This document shows positions 13,356 through 29,653 of a DNA stretch of 64,000 nt, piece after piece (the first letter of the stretch is position 1; every line of letters begins with the position of its first letter). The translations under genes and the position numbers were made by a program. Source of the DNA: the human T2T-CHM13v2.0 reference genome, Homo sapiens; NCBI RefSeq assembly GCF_009914755.1, contig NC_060925.1. The stretch is one strand, 5' to 3'. Under the pieces are notes generated by a model, which worked only from the letters and a program-made list of their open reading frames with translations, had not been told where the DNA came from and searched no databases.

Positions 13356-13678
13356 CTATGGAGATATTTCCATTTTAAAAACATTACAGAGAGATACAAA
13401 AATATATTTTATTTTGCTATATAATTATACAAGAAAAAGAGAAGAAATCTAAAATATCTACTTTTTGCCGGTTGTTATTTTAGGTAATTCTTATACTACT
13501 CTCTTTAAATTTTGACATATAATAGATTTCCATTTTGTATGTGTTTATGATACACTACAGTTTATTTACTTTTCTAAATTAGTTTCATGAAAAATATATA
13601 TGAGGTAGTGAGGAAATGAAGCACTATTTTCTCCATCTCATATACTTAATTTCTGACAGTTTTTTATTATGCCAGAAC

Positions 13679-14234
13679 TGTTACAGGAAACAGGTCCTGA
13701 TCCAGACCCCAAGAGAGGGTTCTTGGATCTGGTACAAGAAGGTATTCAGGGTGAGTCCGCAGTGCAAAGTGAAAGCAAGTTTATTAAGAAAGTAAAGGAA
13801 TAAAAGAATGGCTACTTCATAGTCAGAGCAGCCCTGAGGGCTGCTGGTTGCCCCTTTTTATGGTTATTTCTCGGTGATATGCTAAACAAGTGGTGGATTT
13901 TTCATGCCTTCCCTTTTTATAGACCATATATGTTAACTTCCTGAGGTTGCCACGGCATTTGTAAACTGTCACGGCGCTGGTGAGAGTGTAGCAGTGAGGA
14001 CGACCAGAAGTCACTCTCGTTGCCATTTTGGTTTTGGTGGAGTTTGGCAGGCTCCTTTACTTCAACCTGTTTTATCAGAAAGGTCTTTATGACCTGTATT
14101 TTGTGCTGACCTCCTATCTTATCCTGTGACTTAGAATGCCTTAACCATCTGGGAATGCAGCTCAGTAGGTTTCAGCTTCATTTTACCCAGCTCCTATTTA
14201 AGATGGAGTTGCTCTGGTTCACGTGCCTCTGACA
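13679..14234 (-). mobile_element. MER41A ERV1 solo LTR
   Basis: TG..CA termini; reverse complement begins tgtcagaggcacgtgaaccagagcaactccatctt; 556 bp; 4-bp TSD gaac/gatc. Confidence 0.92.
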
Positions 14235-15448
14235 GATCCTTAATCTAATACTATTCCTGTCATGGCCAAATTGGGGATGAACGAAACGGTAAATAATAAG
14301 CAAAGAGAAATAACAATTATTTGGATATACTATAGGAGAAAAAATAAATTCAAGAATGTTAATTGCCTCTTTTATTCTTTTTGCTGAGATTACCAATGTT
14401 CTGTTTGTTGTATATATTTTCAACATTTTATTTAATGTTTTTGCATTACTTTTATAATATTTTATTTTTTGATTTTTAAAAATTTGAAATCTTGCAAAAT
14501 AAAAGATTTTAAAAAATACACCTCAAAATGTATAAATCACATACCTTCTTTTGAGGTAAATACTTGTTTGCAGAATAAAAAGCAATATAATAACATTAAA
14601 AGGTTTTGGAAAATGGAGAAAAAATGGTTCAGAATTTTACCAATTTCACAATCATAGTTTTCATTTGGGTAAAGTCCAGGCTGATCATATATTTTTGCAC
14701 TCGCGCATGCGTGTTTGTCTTTGTGTGTGGGGGGTGTGTAGTTATTATTTCCATTATAACTTTATAAGCTATTATTTTCATATAACATCATAGTACCAGT
14801 TTTTGTTTTCATTTTTACCCTATATTCTCTTATTTTCCTAAAATCTATCTTCTTTTAAAAAATAGTGACCATTTAGGTCAAATGTTTCTTTTTTAAAATC
14901 CAAAGTAGTATCATTTTATTATATAACCAATAAACTATTGCATATAAAAAGATGGGATATACTTTTGCAAAAGTTCCCAAACCCCTTGCTTTTGATCAAA
15001 CAGTGCAAAATTCTATCAAAGCTGCATATTTGATTCAGAAATGTATTATGAAGTCTTCAGTAGACATGGGCCTCAGGTAAATTTTAGCTCTCCTGAACCA
15101 TGGGCCAAAAAAGAGCTCACGCCCTTCTGCCAGCCACTAGCTCTCAGTTGTCTGGAACACAAGGTAAGAGCAGGTGCCAGAGCCCATCAATCACTGCAGG
15201 GGTGCTGTGCAGCATGCATTTGCCTTTCAAAGTGTCTTTCTTTGATCTGTCAGAGCACCAGAGGAGATCTCAGCAGGAGCTAGGCATCTGGTCAACCTTG
15301 TCAGCTTTCTCCCAAACTCTTGATTACAAATGCCAGAGAGGGAAAAACAGATTCAAAAAGAAAGTCTTCAGTGAAATAGTTAAATATCCTTTTATTTCCA
15401 GTTTCTGTGGGGCAGGTGGAGGCAGGTGAAGTAACTAGGTGTTGACTA

Positions 15449-15782
<334 letters not shown>

Positions 15783-16240
15783 AGTTGAGATGCATGTAGA
15801 CGCAAATTTCACCCTCCTTATTGATCCAGTCACTGATTTAAAACTCCTGTTGGACCATCATCCAAGGATGCTGGCCTAAAGATAGCTATTCCCGAATGTT
15901 CCAGATAAATATGAGATAATGCCAACATAGACCCCAAAATCCACTATGTGTAATTAGTGTCAAGTTGTTATCCAGGAGTAGCCAATACAGCTGTTTTCCA
16001 GCTAAAGGAATTCATGCTCCAGGAATTCCAGAACAAACGCAAAGGGTCTGGACTGGATGAAATACTCAACCTTAGGCAACTGAAAGTGATTGCTTATGGC
16101 TGTTGGATTTAGTGAATGAAATCCATGATCACAGTCTTCATTGTGTCAGGAGCTCTCTATGCACTGATCATCCTTTAGCCACAGAACTTAGAATATTACC
16201 TGACATTACCTGATAGGTACTAAGATGAGTAAAGGAATGA

Positions 16241-16850
<610 letters not shown>

Positions 16851-17539
16851 TGATTGCCTTTCTATCATTTCATAAATACATGCTGACTACTTAGGGAGAG
16901 ATTGAGTCACCTCTTAAAGATGTTACCAGGTACATTAATCACTACTTGCTTTTTAACCTTCATTTTACTTCTTGTTTGTAACTGATTTTCATTACTTAAA
17001 ATTCCAGTAGTGTTTTCTTCCAAGGTGCTTTTCTCTAAGGACATATAAAAATTGCCTACGTGAAATATTTTGACAAGTTATTTTGAAAATACAATTAAGA
17101 GCCAAGAAATGGATTAATATTTATGGAATCATTCAGTTATATAAATTATGTTTAGTGTAGACTATTGTCAAAATAGATTTTTCTGCAATAAAAAAGATAA
17201 AAGTTGACTCGTTAAAGAAGATTTTCCAGAAAATTGTACTTCACAGGATTTTAATGTTCACAAAATTTTAATGTTCAAATTGAACCTGATTTGGAGCACT
17301 TAGGGTGATATAACACATTTAAAAAACAAAATATTTGTCTTAGTAAATAAGGGTTTTTATAATTTTCTCTAGATATAGGTCAATGTACTATATAGAAATG
17401 TAGTGTAGTCTTTCATGCATTGTTTCCAAATTTTATTATCTTAAAATTTTAAAATTTGACTTTTTCCCTTAATTTAGTGAGTTGCCAACAGTTCTAACTT
17501 GCATCTATCTTCCCTCATCCTGGAGCTCTTGATCCTCTT

Positions 17540-17796
17540 ATACTTCTCTATGTTTTCTTTTTTCAGTCACACTTATCACTTCCTAATATTTAACAAAACT
17601 TATTTTATATTTTATTCATTACTGTCTTATTCTTCCTTTTAGAGTTGGTTATTTGAAGCCAGTGATGTGTGTATGTGTGCATGCATGCGTGTGTGTATAT
17701 TTGTGTTTTCACTAATTACTGTATCCAGAGCACCTGGAGATCCTTCTGGCACTCAGAAACATATATTTAACAAGTAAGTATTTGTTAAAAGAATGA
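17540..17796 (+). mobile_element. L2 3' end, degraded
   Basis: cacttatcact..ctgtatccagagcacctgg..tggcac..taagtatttgttaaaagaatga resembles the L2a terminus. Confidence 0.55.
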
Positions 17797-18101
17797 TTTT
17801 TAGACGGTGACTAAAGTAAAACTAATAATCTTATCTGTTTTTATAGGATGAAATGTTTCAGTGTGAAGGAAGGATCATTATAAATTTGCCACGTACAAAG
17901 TACAACTTAAGTTATATATCAAAACACCTTAGCTTTTTATTTATTTTTTTGTTGCCATTTCAACAATTGCATTTTAAATCTCATTCAAGTTTGCAATACA
18001 ATTCCACCTATGGACCATGTTTCCAAATATGTGTGTTTATGTATGAATAGAAAGGAAACTGGTAGTTGTGTTATATAACAAAATCAATACCTTAGGTAAC
18101 T

Positions 18102-20513
<2,412 letters not shown>

Positions 20514-21764
20514 AAAACTGAGTTATGTAGTAAATAAGGACAGACAAAAATAAATAAAATTTACATATTTTTGTGTATAAAACATTCATTTAGTTTTATT
20601 GTTTCACTATGAATACAAATTTCTGTGTTTTGGGTGGCATATGTATCATTTATGTCATAGAAATAAATTATGATTTACAGATTTTACATGGTCATTCTGC
20701 AATTCAAAACTGAAATTTGTTATTTCTTATAGAATTTTTTCAATACTTTGAATTTATACTGATATTTACAAATGATAGATACAGCTTACTAATAACTCCA
20801 TATCAGAAATTAGTAGAGAACAAATGGCTTTTTAATAGATTTTTTTCTTAAAAGTTGCATCATCTTTTTGTTAAGATAATTGTAGTGTTTTGGCATTATT
20901 TATTCTATCTATGTAAATCCATAGAAAAACATTAATGTGCAGCGAGTGTTAAGAAAAACAAAGTAACTCTTGTCTTTAATCATATAGTCAATTTTATCCA
21001 ATTAAAACAGTCATAAAAGAAGGTGCCTAATGAATATCTAAAAAAATGAAATAAAAATTACTTTCACAAATAAAAAAGTCTACCTAGACTATATATTTAG
21101 TATATTTGTCAATAAATAAATAAATAAAAACCAACTTGCCCTGGGCTTTTCTGCCTTTTTGATAAGGAGGTGGTTTAGCTGTCTTAATGATATGCATTCA
21201 TTTTTATTACAAATTTATAGACAGAATAATGATGAGAATAGACTGTGAGTCATCATTTAACATCCCAGAATTGTTTATTCTTAACAAGAGAAAAAGAATA
21301 TGTAATTGAGAGGTGGGAGTCTGCACTTATGGTTATTTGTGAATCATTTCTGCTTGAACTTTCATCTGAAAAATTGTGCATTCTCTGAAAAATAAGCCAA
21401 AACCAAGACAAGAAATAAGAGGGCCCTAGTTTAGGAAATCAGGAAAAGGTCAAGAGAGGCAGATAATGAAGGAATGATAGAGACAGAATTTTTAGAAAGT
21501 GCTGTAGAAAAAAGTAGAAAATATATCACTCAGATGTACCAATGACATTAAGTTATACATCCCAGTATTGAATCTCCATGTGACTGATTCTTGTTCAGCC
21601 TACTTTGTCACTGACATTATGAAGCATTATATAAGAAATAACCACTATATATCCTGGAACGTCCATTAAACATTTGTATTTTATAAAAATTTTGCCTGAT
21701 CATAATTAAATCTTGCATAAACACAAAACTCAAAACAAATGAAAAGAATGCTTGTTTGAGAATT

Positions 21765-24105
21765 TGTTTTAGTCCATTCTTATGCTGCTAATAGACATAC
21801 CTAAGACTTGGTAACTTAAAGGAAAGAGATTTAATTGACTCACAATTCCACAGGGCTTGGGAGGTCTCAAGAAACTTACAATCGTGACAGAAGGGGAGGA
21901 ATATGTCCTTCTTCACATGATGGCTGCAAGGAGAGATAAATGGGAGCTGAGTGAAGAGGTAAGCCCCTTATAAAACCATCAGATCTCATAAGAACTTACT
22001 GTCATGAGAATAGCATGGGAGAAACTGCCCCCATGATTCAATCACCACCCACTGGGTTCCTCCCAGGACAAATAGGGATTATGGGAATTAGAATTTGAGA
22101 TGAGATTTGGGTGGGGACACAACCAAACCATATCATTCGACCTTGGCCCCTCCCAAATCTCATGTCCTCACATTTCAAACCACAATCATGCCCTTCCAAC
22201 AGTCCTTCAATGTCTTAACTCATTCTAGCATTAACTCAAAAGTCCAGAGTCCAAAGTCTCATCTGAGACAAGAAAAGTTCCTTCCACCTATGAGCCTGTA
22301 AAATCAAAAGCAAATTAGTTAATTCCTAGATACAATGGGGGTAAAGGCATTGGGTAAAGACTCCCATTTCAAATGGGAGAAACTAGCAAAAACAAAGGGG
22401 CTACTGGCCTGATGCAAATCTGAAATCCAAGGAGGCAGTACTTAAATATTAAAGCTCCAAAGCAATGTCCTTTGCCTCCATGTCTCACCTTCAGTTCATG
22501 CTGATACAAGAGGTGGGCTACCTCAGCCTTGGACAGCTCCACCCTTGTGGCTTTGCAGGGTACAGCTGCCCTCCCGGCTGCTTTCACAGGCTGGCATTGA
22601 GTGTCTGTGGCTTTTGCAGGTACACAATGCAAGCTGTTCGTGGATCTACCATTCTGGGGTCTGGAAGGTGGTAGCCCTCTTCTCACAGTTCCACAAGGCA
22701 GTGCCCTAGTAGGGAATCTGTGTGGGGACTTCAACCTCACATTTTTCTTCCACACTTTCCTAGCAGAGGTTCCCCATGAGGGCTCTGCTCCTGCAGCAAA
22801 CTTCTGCCTGGACATCCAGGTGTTTCCATACATCCTGTTAAACCAAGGCAGAGGTTCCCAAACCTCAATTCTTGACTTCTGTGCACCCTCAGGCCTAACA
22901 CCACATGTAAGACACCAAGGCTTGGGGCTTACACCCTCTGAAACAATGGCCTGAGCTGTACATTGGCCCCTTCAAGCCACAGCTGGTGTTGAAGCAGCTA
23001 GGATGCAAGGCCTCATGTCCCAGAGGTTGCATGGAGCAAGGGGACCTAGGCCCGGCTCAGGAAATTATTTTTCTCTCCTAGGCCTCCAGGCCTGTGATGG
23101 GAGGGGCTACTGTGAAGGTCTCTGATATGCCCTGGAAACATGTCAGATATATTTTTCCCATTTTATTGGTGATTAACATTTGGCTCCTTGTTACTTAAAC
23201 AAATGTCTGCAGCCTGCTTGAATTTCTCCCCAGGAAATGAAGTTTTTTTTCTATGGCATCATCAGGCTGCAAATTTTCCAAACTTTTATGCTCTCCTTCC
23301 TCTTGAATGCTTTGCCACTTAGAAATTTCTTCCACCAGATACTCTCAGTTATCTCTCTCAAGTTCAAAGATCCATGGATCTCTGGGGCAAAATCTTGTCA
23401 GTCTCTTTGGATAGCAAGAGTAACCTTTACTCCAGTTTCCAAATTTCTCATCTCCATCTGAAACCACCTCAGCCTTGATTTCCTTATCAGCATTTTGGTC
23501 AAAACCATTCAACAGATCTCTAAGAAAATCCAAACTTTCCCACATCCTCCCATCTTCTGAGCCCTCCAAGTCTCTAAAGAGTTCCAAACTTTCCCATATT
23601 TTTCTTCCTTCTTCTAAGCCCTCCAAAGTGTTCCAACCTCTGCCTGTTACCCAGTTCTAAAGTCACTTCCACATTTTCAGGTATCTTTACAGAAGCGCCT
23701 CACTCTCTGTGGTATCAGATTACCGTATTAGTCCATTCCATGCTGCTAATAAAGACATATCCAAGACTGGGTAACTTATAAAGGAGAAATGTTTGATTGG
23801 CTCACAGTTCCACAGGGCTGGGGAGATCTCAGGAAACTTCCAATCATGGCAGATGGGGAAGCAAACATGTTCTTCTTCACATGGTGGCAGCAAGGAGAGA
23901 AAAATGAAAGCCAAGTGAAAGGGGAAGCCCCTTATATAAAACCATCAGATCTCATGAAAACTTACTCACTATCTCGAGAATAGCATGGGGGAAATCCCTC
24001 CTATGATTCAATTACCTCTCACTGGGTCCCTCCCACAACACATGGGGATTACGGGAATTACAATTCCAGATGAGATTTGGGTAGGGACACAGCCAAACCA
24101 TATCA
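21765..24105 (-). mobile_element. Full-length THE1 (THE1C-like) MaLR: 5' LTR 23724-24105, internal 22136-23723, 3' LTR 21765-22135
   Basis: Two direct LTRs ending aaccatatca on +; THE1-int ORF relics (MYGNTWMSRQKFAAG); polypurine tract beside the left LTR; 5-bp TSD gaatt/gtatt. Confidence 0.95.
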
Positions 24106-24479
24106 GTATTTCTCCTGATTTGAAGACATTTTGATCATTCATTATCTCATCAAAAATTTTTTGTATCTTTAAAATGTTTTTGTAGCTTTTGCAGTAAACT
24201 ATTTTAAATGTATTTTGGATTTCTTCTGAGTAGCATTACTTCTAGCTCATTTGCTGTGTACTATTTTATCTGTAAATTATCTGCTAGAAAGTACACAAAT
24301 TAAATTGTGGAGCCTTTTAGGATTGTCAGATCATTTCCTTTCCCACATATTACTTCTGGCTAAATGTAATGGTCTGCCACAATCCAAAAATAATGTTGAA
24401 CACTTTACTAGAGAGGAAATTGAAATGTATGGCTCAATTTCAACAGACCTAAATAGTGTAATTATTCAATCACGTATTC

Positions 24480-24860
24480 GAATGCTAGCTGCCTCTCAGG
24501 TCCCTTTTCTCTTCTTGCTTTAGAAAAATAGTTCATTTTGACAAACAATGCACTCAACTTACAGACAAAACTTTCCAGACTCTCTTGCAATGAAAAATGG
24601 CCACATTACTAAGCTTTGGATAAAGAAATATAATTAGGAGTGTTGTATCAGGCTTCAGGAAAAATGTTTAATGGGAGCAGCATGAAGCTCTTGAGTAATG
24701 TCAAACTTTCTTAGACTATGAGTTTATCCTGAGGATAGGAGCTAGCCCTAGGTATCTGATAACTTTCTTGAGTTGCCACATCAGCGAGGGAATGATTACA
24801 TTCAGGATTATTTTAAAAGAATAAAATCTTGTATGTGTAAGCCATTGCAAAACAATGTAT
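24480..24860 (+). mobile_element. Old MLT1 (I/J/K-type) LTR fragment
   Basis: tttccagactctcttgcaa..tggccacattactaag and terminal taagccattg motifs. Confidence 0.45.
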
Positions 24861-25186
24861 ATTTAAGTCACTGTTAATACAGTTCTGAGATTGCTACTCA
24901 GAGAACTTGAATTGATTGCCTCCAGGAATACCTTACGTATAAGGTATTTACTAGTAGAACTAGTAGCTACTAATGTAGGCCATAATTCACTTTCCCAATT
25001 ATATATGCAAAAATGTATTCAATTTGTGAGTATAAGGAAGTCAGCTGACATTTTTAAGAACCTTGAAACATGATGTGTGTAACCTTTGATTCAAAGACCT
25101 CTCAACTCTATGTGCTATTTAAAAAGCACAAATCTATCTTTATTATACAACATGTGAAAAAGGAATAAAGACTTAAGACATTTCAC

Positions 25187-25500
25187 TATATATATATATA
25201 TATTTATTTTTAATTGATATAGAGTCTCACTCTGTCGCCCATGCTGGAGTGTGGTGGCACAATCTCTGCTCAATGCAATCTCCGACTCCCACGTTCAAGT
25301 GATTCTCCTGCCTCAGCCTCCTGAGTAGATGGGATTACAGGAACGCACAACGATGATCAGCTAATGTTTGTAATATTTTTAGTAGAGATGGGGTTTCATC
25401 ATGTTGGCCAGGCTGGTCTCAAACTCCTGACCTCAAGTGATCTGCTCGCCTTGGTCTCCCAAAGTGCTGGGATTACAGGTGTGGGCCACCATGCCCAGCT
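25187..25500 (-). mobile_element. AluS (Sx/Sz-like) with (TA)n tail
   Basis: Full antisense dimer; gacctcaagtgatc. Confidence 0.93.
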
Positions 25501-25819
25501 TCTTCTTTATTTATCTAATGGAAAATTCACTGGGGAATGTCAATCATCAAGTCTTATTAAAAAACTATTTATACAAAGCCTGTTATCTCATTTGAACCTC
25601 AAAGACAATAGGGGAATCATTTATTAATTTAACTATTAATATGAAATTAAGATCAGATTTCAAACAGATATAAATGAGCTCTTATGTTAAATTTAATTTC
25701 CTGAACTTTAAAAACAGTTCTGAATACATTGAGGGATGTGTCATTAAGTGGATACTTTCTCTGTAGTTTGGTCCAAATTTATATTCCAATAATTAATTTT
25801 GTAGTGTAGAAAAAGGAGA

Positions 25820-26320
25820 TTCGAGTGGGAAAAAATATGAGTTTAGTCCTATACATTCTGAGTTCTATGTGACTACAGGATGTTGAAGGTGATAAGGAGG
25901 CAATTGACTAAACAGATCTAAAGCCTGGAGTGAGGACAAAGACTACCACAGAGATTTGCTAGTCATTAGCATATAGATGAGAATGGTTGCTTCTACACCA
26001 GCTAGCTGCAAAGTTGAAAAAGCAATTGGCCAAGAATGACATCATGGAGTTGTAAGATGAGGATATGTCCATAAAGGAATATCTGAATGGGTAAGAGAGA
26101 ACAAGGAGAGTTGGGTCACCCAAGGCAAGAGAGAAGAACCTTTCTAGAAAGGTGTAGTTGGCAGTTTTAAACATGCCAGGAAAATCAAGTAGCCCAAGGC
26201 CCAAGAAAAATCTACTGGATCTGAGAAAATAGAAGCTATAGGGAAAACATTTTGTTTGAAAAAAGATGAAGATTCAAAAGGGTTGACGATTGAATGGAAG
26301 ACAAAAAAGTAGAGATATGT
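25820..26320 (-). mobile_element. L2 fragment
   Basis: tgagtttagt..agatttgctagtcattagcatatagatg..ccaaggcaagagag..actggat resembles antisense L2. Confidence 0.65.
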
Positions 26321-26529
26321 GGTTGATTCTGTCTCTTTGGAGTAATGTCACTTTTAAGTTTTTATTTCTAACTCTTATAATTAATATTTCTTGTTCTACT
26401 AACTACTACCTTCAGGGTAATAAAGTAGTTATATCCACATATTTTCACCTCTCCTTTACTATGAAATGACTACTTGTACATTTTCATCATTTAGCTGGAA
26501 ATTGTCTTTGAACTTTTGATAGAAATGTG

Positions 26530-26974
26530 CATTATCCTATCATACTCTATTTAGATTCCCCTTTAGAAGTGACTTATTTCCTCCAGCTGCTAGAAGTGTT
26601 GCAAGTAGACAGTTTTTAGCTGCTGAACTCCTATCTGGATTGCCTGGCTGAAGAGAGCCACCTGATCTAAAGCTATTTCTTCCTGGGACATCCAGCATTA
26701 AATGACTAATCATCAAAGGATATAGAGTCTAGGCTTGTTCACCTGAGTTAGGGCAACTTTGAAAGATGATCCCCATTTCTGATCTCCTCATATAATCAGT
26801 GGAGGCTTCTTTTCAGATGGTGTTACAGGTCAACCTTTCTCTCTGCCTTAATCCTGCTTCCCCCATCCCCAACACCCTTCCACAAGAGTTGACTCTAGGT
26901 ATCTTCCCCAATAAACCAAAAATATGCTACTCATGACAGAGACTGCTTCCTAAAAAAGAAGTCAAACTGCAAAA
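26530..26974 (+). mobile_element. LTR16A-like ERVL solo LTR
   Basis: gacttatttcctccagctgctagaagtg, ggattgcct.gctgaagagagccacct, cccaataaac, agagactgcttcct. Confidence 0.75.
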
Positions 26975-27403
26975 ATATTCTTTATCAGATTATTTGCTTC
27001 TCATTTATTTATAGTTTCTTAAATCTCCTCTTACTTTTTTATTTTTTCGTATAAGCTCCTTGATGATTCTTGAACTATACTAGCAGACTGAAGCTAGACT
27101 CAGCTTTCTGTCAAGGAGAAGTTCTGAGGTTGTGAGTTTTCACATGAAATCAATAGGAATTGATGGAAGGGACTCAATATTTGCCTCCTGCCACTCATAG
27201 GCTTAACATATACATATTTCTGACACATGGGAATTTTCTATTTCCTTTTTCATGACAAGTATATATTTAATTATTTCAATAACATTTCATTCTGTATTTT
27301 TATATTAGGACACAAGATTCTTCATTATTTCAGTCAACCCTGTTTCTCAAACCAGAAGTCCCAAATACTAGTACAGTCCTCCCCAGTCTATTTTCTATGC
27401 AAG

Positions 27404-27404
<1 letters not shown>

Positions 27405-27448
<44 letters not shown>
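27405..27448. repeat. (AC)22 microsatellite
   Basis: Perfect dinucleotide run. Confidence 0.98.
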
Positions 27449-27450
<2 letters not shown>

Positions 27451-27542
27451 CAACCACTCAATAGATTATCTATATGAAAATATTTTTCTGTATGATTGTA
27501 ATTTTTATTAATACTATTTTGAATAGCTATAGAACGTCTCTT

Positions 27543-27904
27543 TGTCTCAGGACAAATTCCCTAGAAGCAGATCCTGTGGCAGGATATGTGTGCAAGTGAT
27601 TTATTAAAGCGTGCTCCCAAAGGAAATTGGTGAAAAGTGAAATACGTAATATTGTTTGACCTGCCCAAAGCAAGAGAGTTGGGTTTCCAAATTCACTCAC
27701 AAGTCAGTCACTGATTAAGGCCACCCAGAGGGACATAAGCTCTCAAACTCCCAAATACTGCCAGCTCTCAGTAGTACAAGAACATTCCCCTGAAGAAAGT
27801 TACAGATGCAAGCCTACAAAGAAAGCACACAGAAGTAGGGAGTATGGCTTATAGAAGCAATAAAAGGATCTGAGTGCATCTGGCACCAATAATGTCTGCT
27901 CTAC
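27543..27904 (-). mobile_element. LTR33-like ERVL LTR
   Basis: ttccctagaagcaga.cctg..tgtgcaagtgatttattaa..gtgctccc; terminal ggcaccaa..tgtctgct. Confidence 0.7.
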
Positions 27905-28041
27905 TTATTTTATTATCATATAAATCTCTATATAAAGTACATTATCAAATATATACAGATATACTAAGATAGAGCTCATGTTTTCTAACTAAAGAGACTT
28001 TTAGAGCTCTTCAGATGAACATGAGAATTAAGGATTCTTAC

Positions 28042-28121
28042 CTGAAGGATACAAATTACAAAACTGTAATGGTAAATTTAACAACATTAACATGTTCTAT
28101 AAATATGATTCCTTGTCTCTC
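28042..28121 (-). other. Candidate spliced exon (80 nt), probably non-coding
   Basis: Minus-strand acceptor tttcatcttacctcccccttccatcttttAG and donor CAG/GTAAGA; no expression evidence. Confidence 0.35.
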
Positions 28122-28779
28122 CTAAAAGATGGAAGGGGGAGGTAAGATGAAATACAGAATATTATGAGAATGAGATTACAGCAGTTATATATACATAGAT
28201 ACATAAGAATTTCAGGTCTTGTATGTAAACAGTGCGGAAGGAGGAGGATAAGATGAGCACTGTGGTTGCTTTGACTTCTCTGGAGGTTTCTAGAAAAGTG
28301 AAGGTAGAGATATCAGAAAGAAAATGGTAGGTTGATCGATCTATGACTGATCAGTGGTATGCAGGCTTTGCTCAGAGTTCAAAAGCAAAGGTGAGTAGTT
28401 ACTTTGATATCCCTGCTGAGGTAACTAAAGTCCATATCCAACTGCCCAAGTAATTGAAATTGCAGAATGAGATTCTTGATTTCTCTTCACTTAAAGAAAC
28501 CAACAGTTATTTATGTTGCCACGTAGTACTTTTTATTTATTCAGAATTTTAAACTAATATGGTTATCATTACACACACACACACACGTATACACACTAAT
28601 TGATACTTTAATGAAGTTTAAAATAACATATGATATTGGAACGTTACCCCTGGAATTTGTGATTTATGCTTGTTCTGGGAAAACGTTTTAAATAATTATT
28701 TCTTTATTTATTTTGTCTTGAAAAAGATGACTGCTTAGATTTTTATTCAATGTCTTCTAATATGGACTAATGAAAGATC

Positions 28780-29653
28780 TGGCGTGGGATCTGGCCAGCA
28801 GCCTGCAATGCAACTGGGCTCTCTCTTTGTTCCCAGGCAGATCAGCAGGTCGAGAAATAATAGACACACACAAGATAGTGAAAGCTGGGTCCAGGGAGGT
28901 CACTGCCTTCTGGTCCTGTGGTGCCGCCAATGCACTAGATATACCAGCATTTATTATTAAGTTTAGTGAGGGTGGGGGTAGGTTAGTGAGGGATTTAGGG
29001 TCATTTGATTATGAGGTGAGATGGTCACATTGGGATGAAGTAATTCTTTAACATAACATCTGTATGCGGTAGTACAGTACACAGAGATAAGAATTTACAA
29101 TATAGTGTGTGCATCAGTAATTTCTAACAGAGCCTTAAAACAGAAACACTGTCTTTCCATAATCTATGATTAGCAAGATATTAATCAGCAGTAACAGTTG
29201 CAGCAAAAGCTGGTTACAAACAATCCATAGAAACAGGACGTGAAGCTAGACAACCAGTTAGACCAGAAATTCTCAGAAGGGAGCATGCCTTAATGCTAAA
29301 GAGGCCTAGAAGAGCCGTGAAAAGATGAGGGCGTTTATAGCCCTATCTTATCCGTATGGACAGGTGCCCCTCATGTGTCCGTTTATAGGCTCTCCACAAG
29401 GGTCACATTTCATTCCCAGAGCTATGAACATCTGCTTTTCTGGGATAGGAATCTTGGTGATGTGAAACCTCCCTGACTGCATGTCCATTTATAGGCTCTC
29501 TGCAGGAGGAAGCACATCATGAGCTGTTGGCTCATTCTGGCATTGCAACCTGGCATTGTCTTTTCACAATCCTGCATGCAATTTTGTATTTACAATAATC
29601 AGGAGCATTTCATCTTTTATTCTGTAGCAATAGTTTCAGGGGGTCTCCTTACA
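28780..29653 (-). mobile_element. MER11D-like solo LTR (HERV-K HML-7)
   Basis: Reverse complement begins tgtaaggagaccccctgaaactattgctacagaataaaagatgaaatgctcc; AATAAA on minus at 28950-28955; LTR nature clear, family name from memory. Confidence 0.78.

Noticed and set aside
13050-13424. Overlapping Y/I/V/H-rich ORFs (also 10017-10493 and 38051-38390)
   Set aside because: Translation artefacts: alternating R/Y microsatellites cannot contain stop codons
13679-14234. MER41 as an interferon-gamma/STAT1 enhancer
   Set aside because: This copy is A-type and lacks the tandem TTCCGGGAA GAS segment characteristic of MER41B
22369-22954. 154-aa and 117-aa ORFs as novel genes
   Set aside because: Both lie within the THE1 internal region (degenerate MaLR ORF and its antisense)
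23520-23627. Tandem ~53-bp duplication in THE1-int
   Set aside because: I recall this duplication in other THE1C/D internal copies, so it is probably a subfamily trait
28294-28396. Plus-strand consensus donor AAG/GTGAGT as an exon end
   Set aside because: Only a weak upstream acceptor; isolated donors are expected by chance in 64 kb
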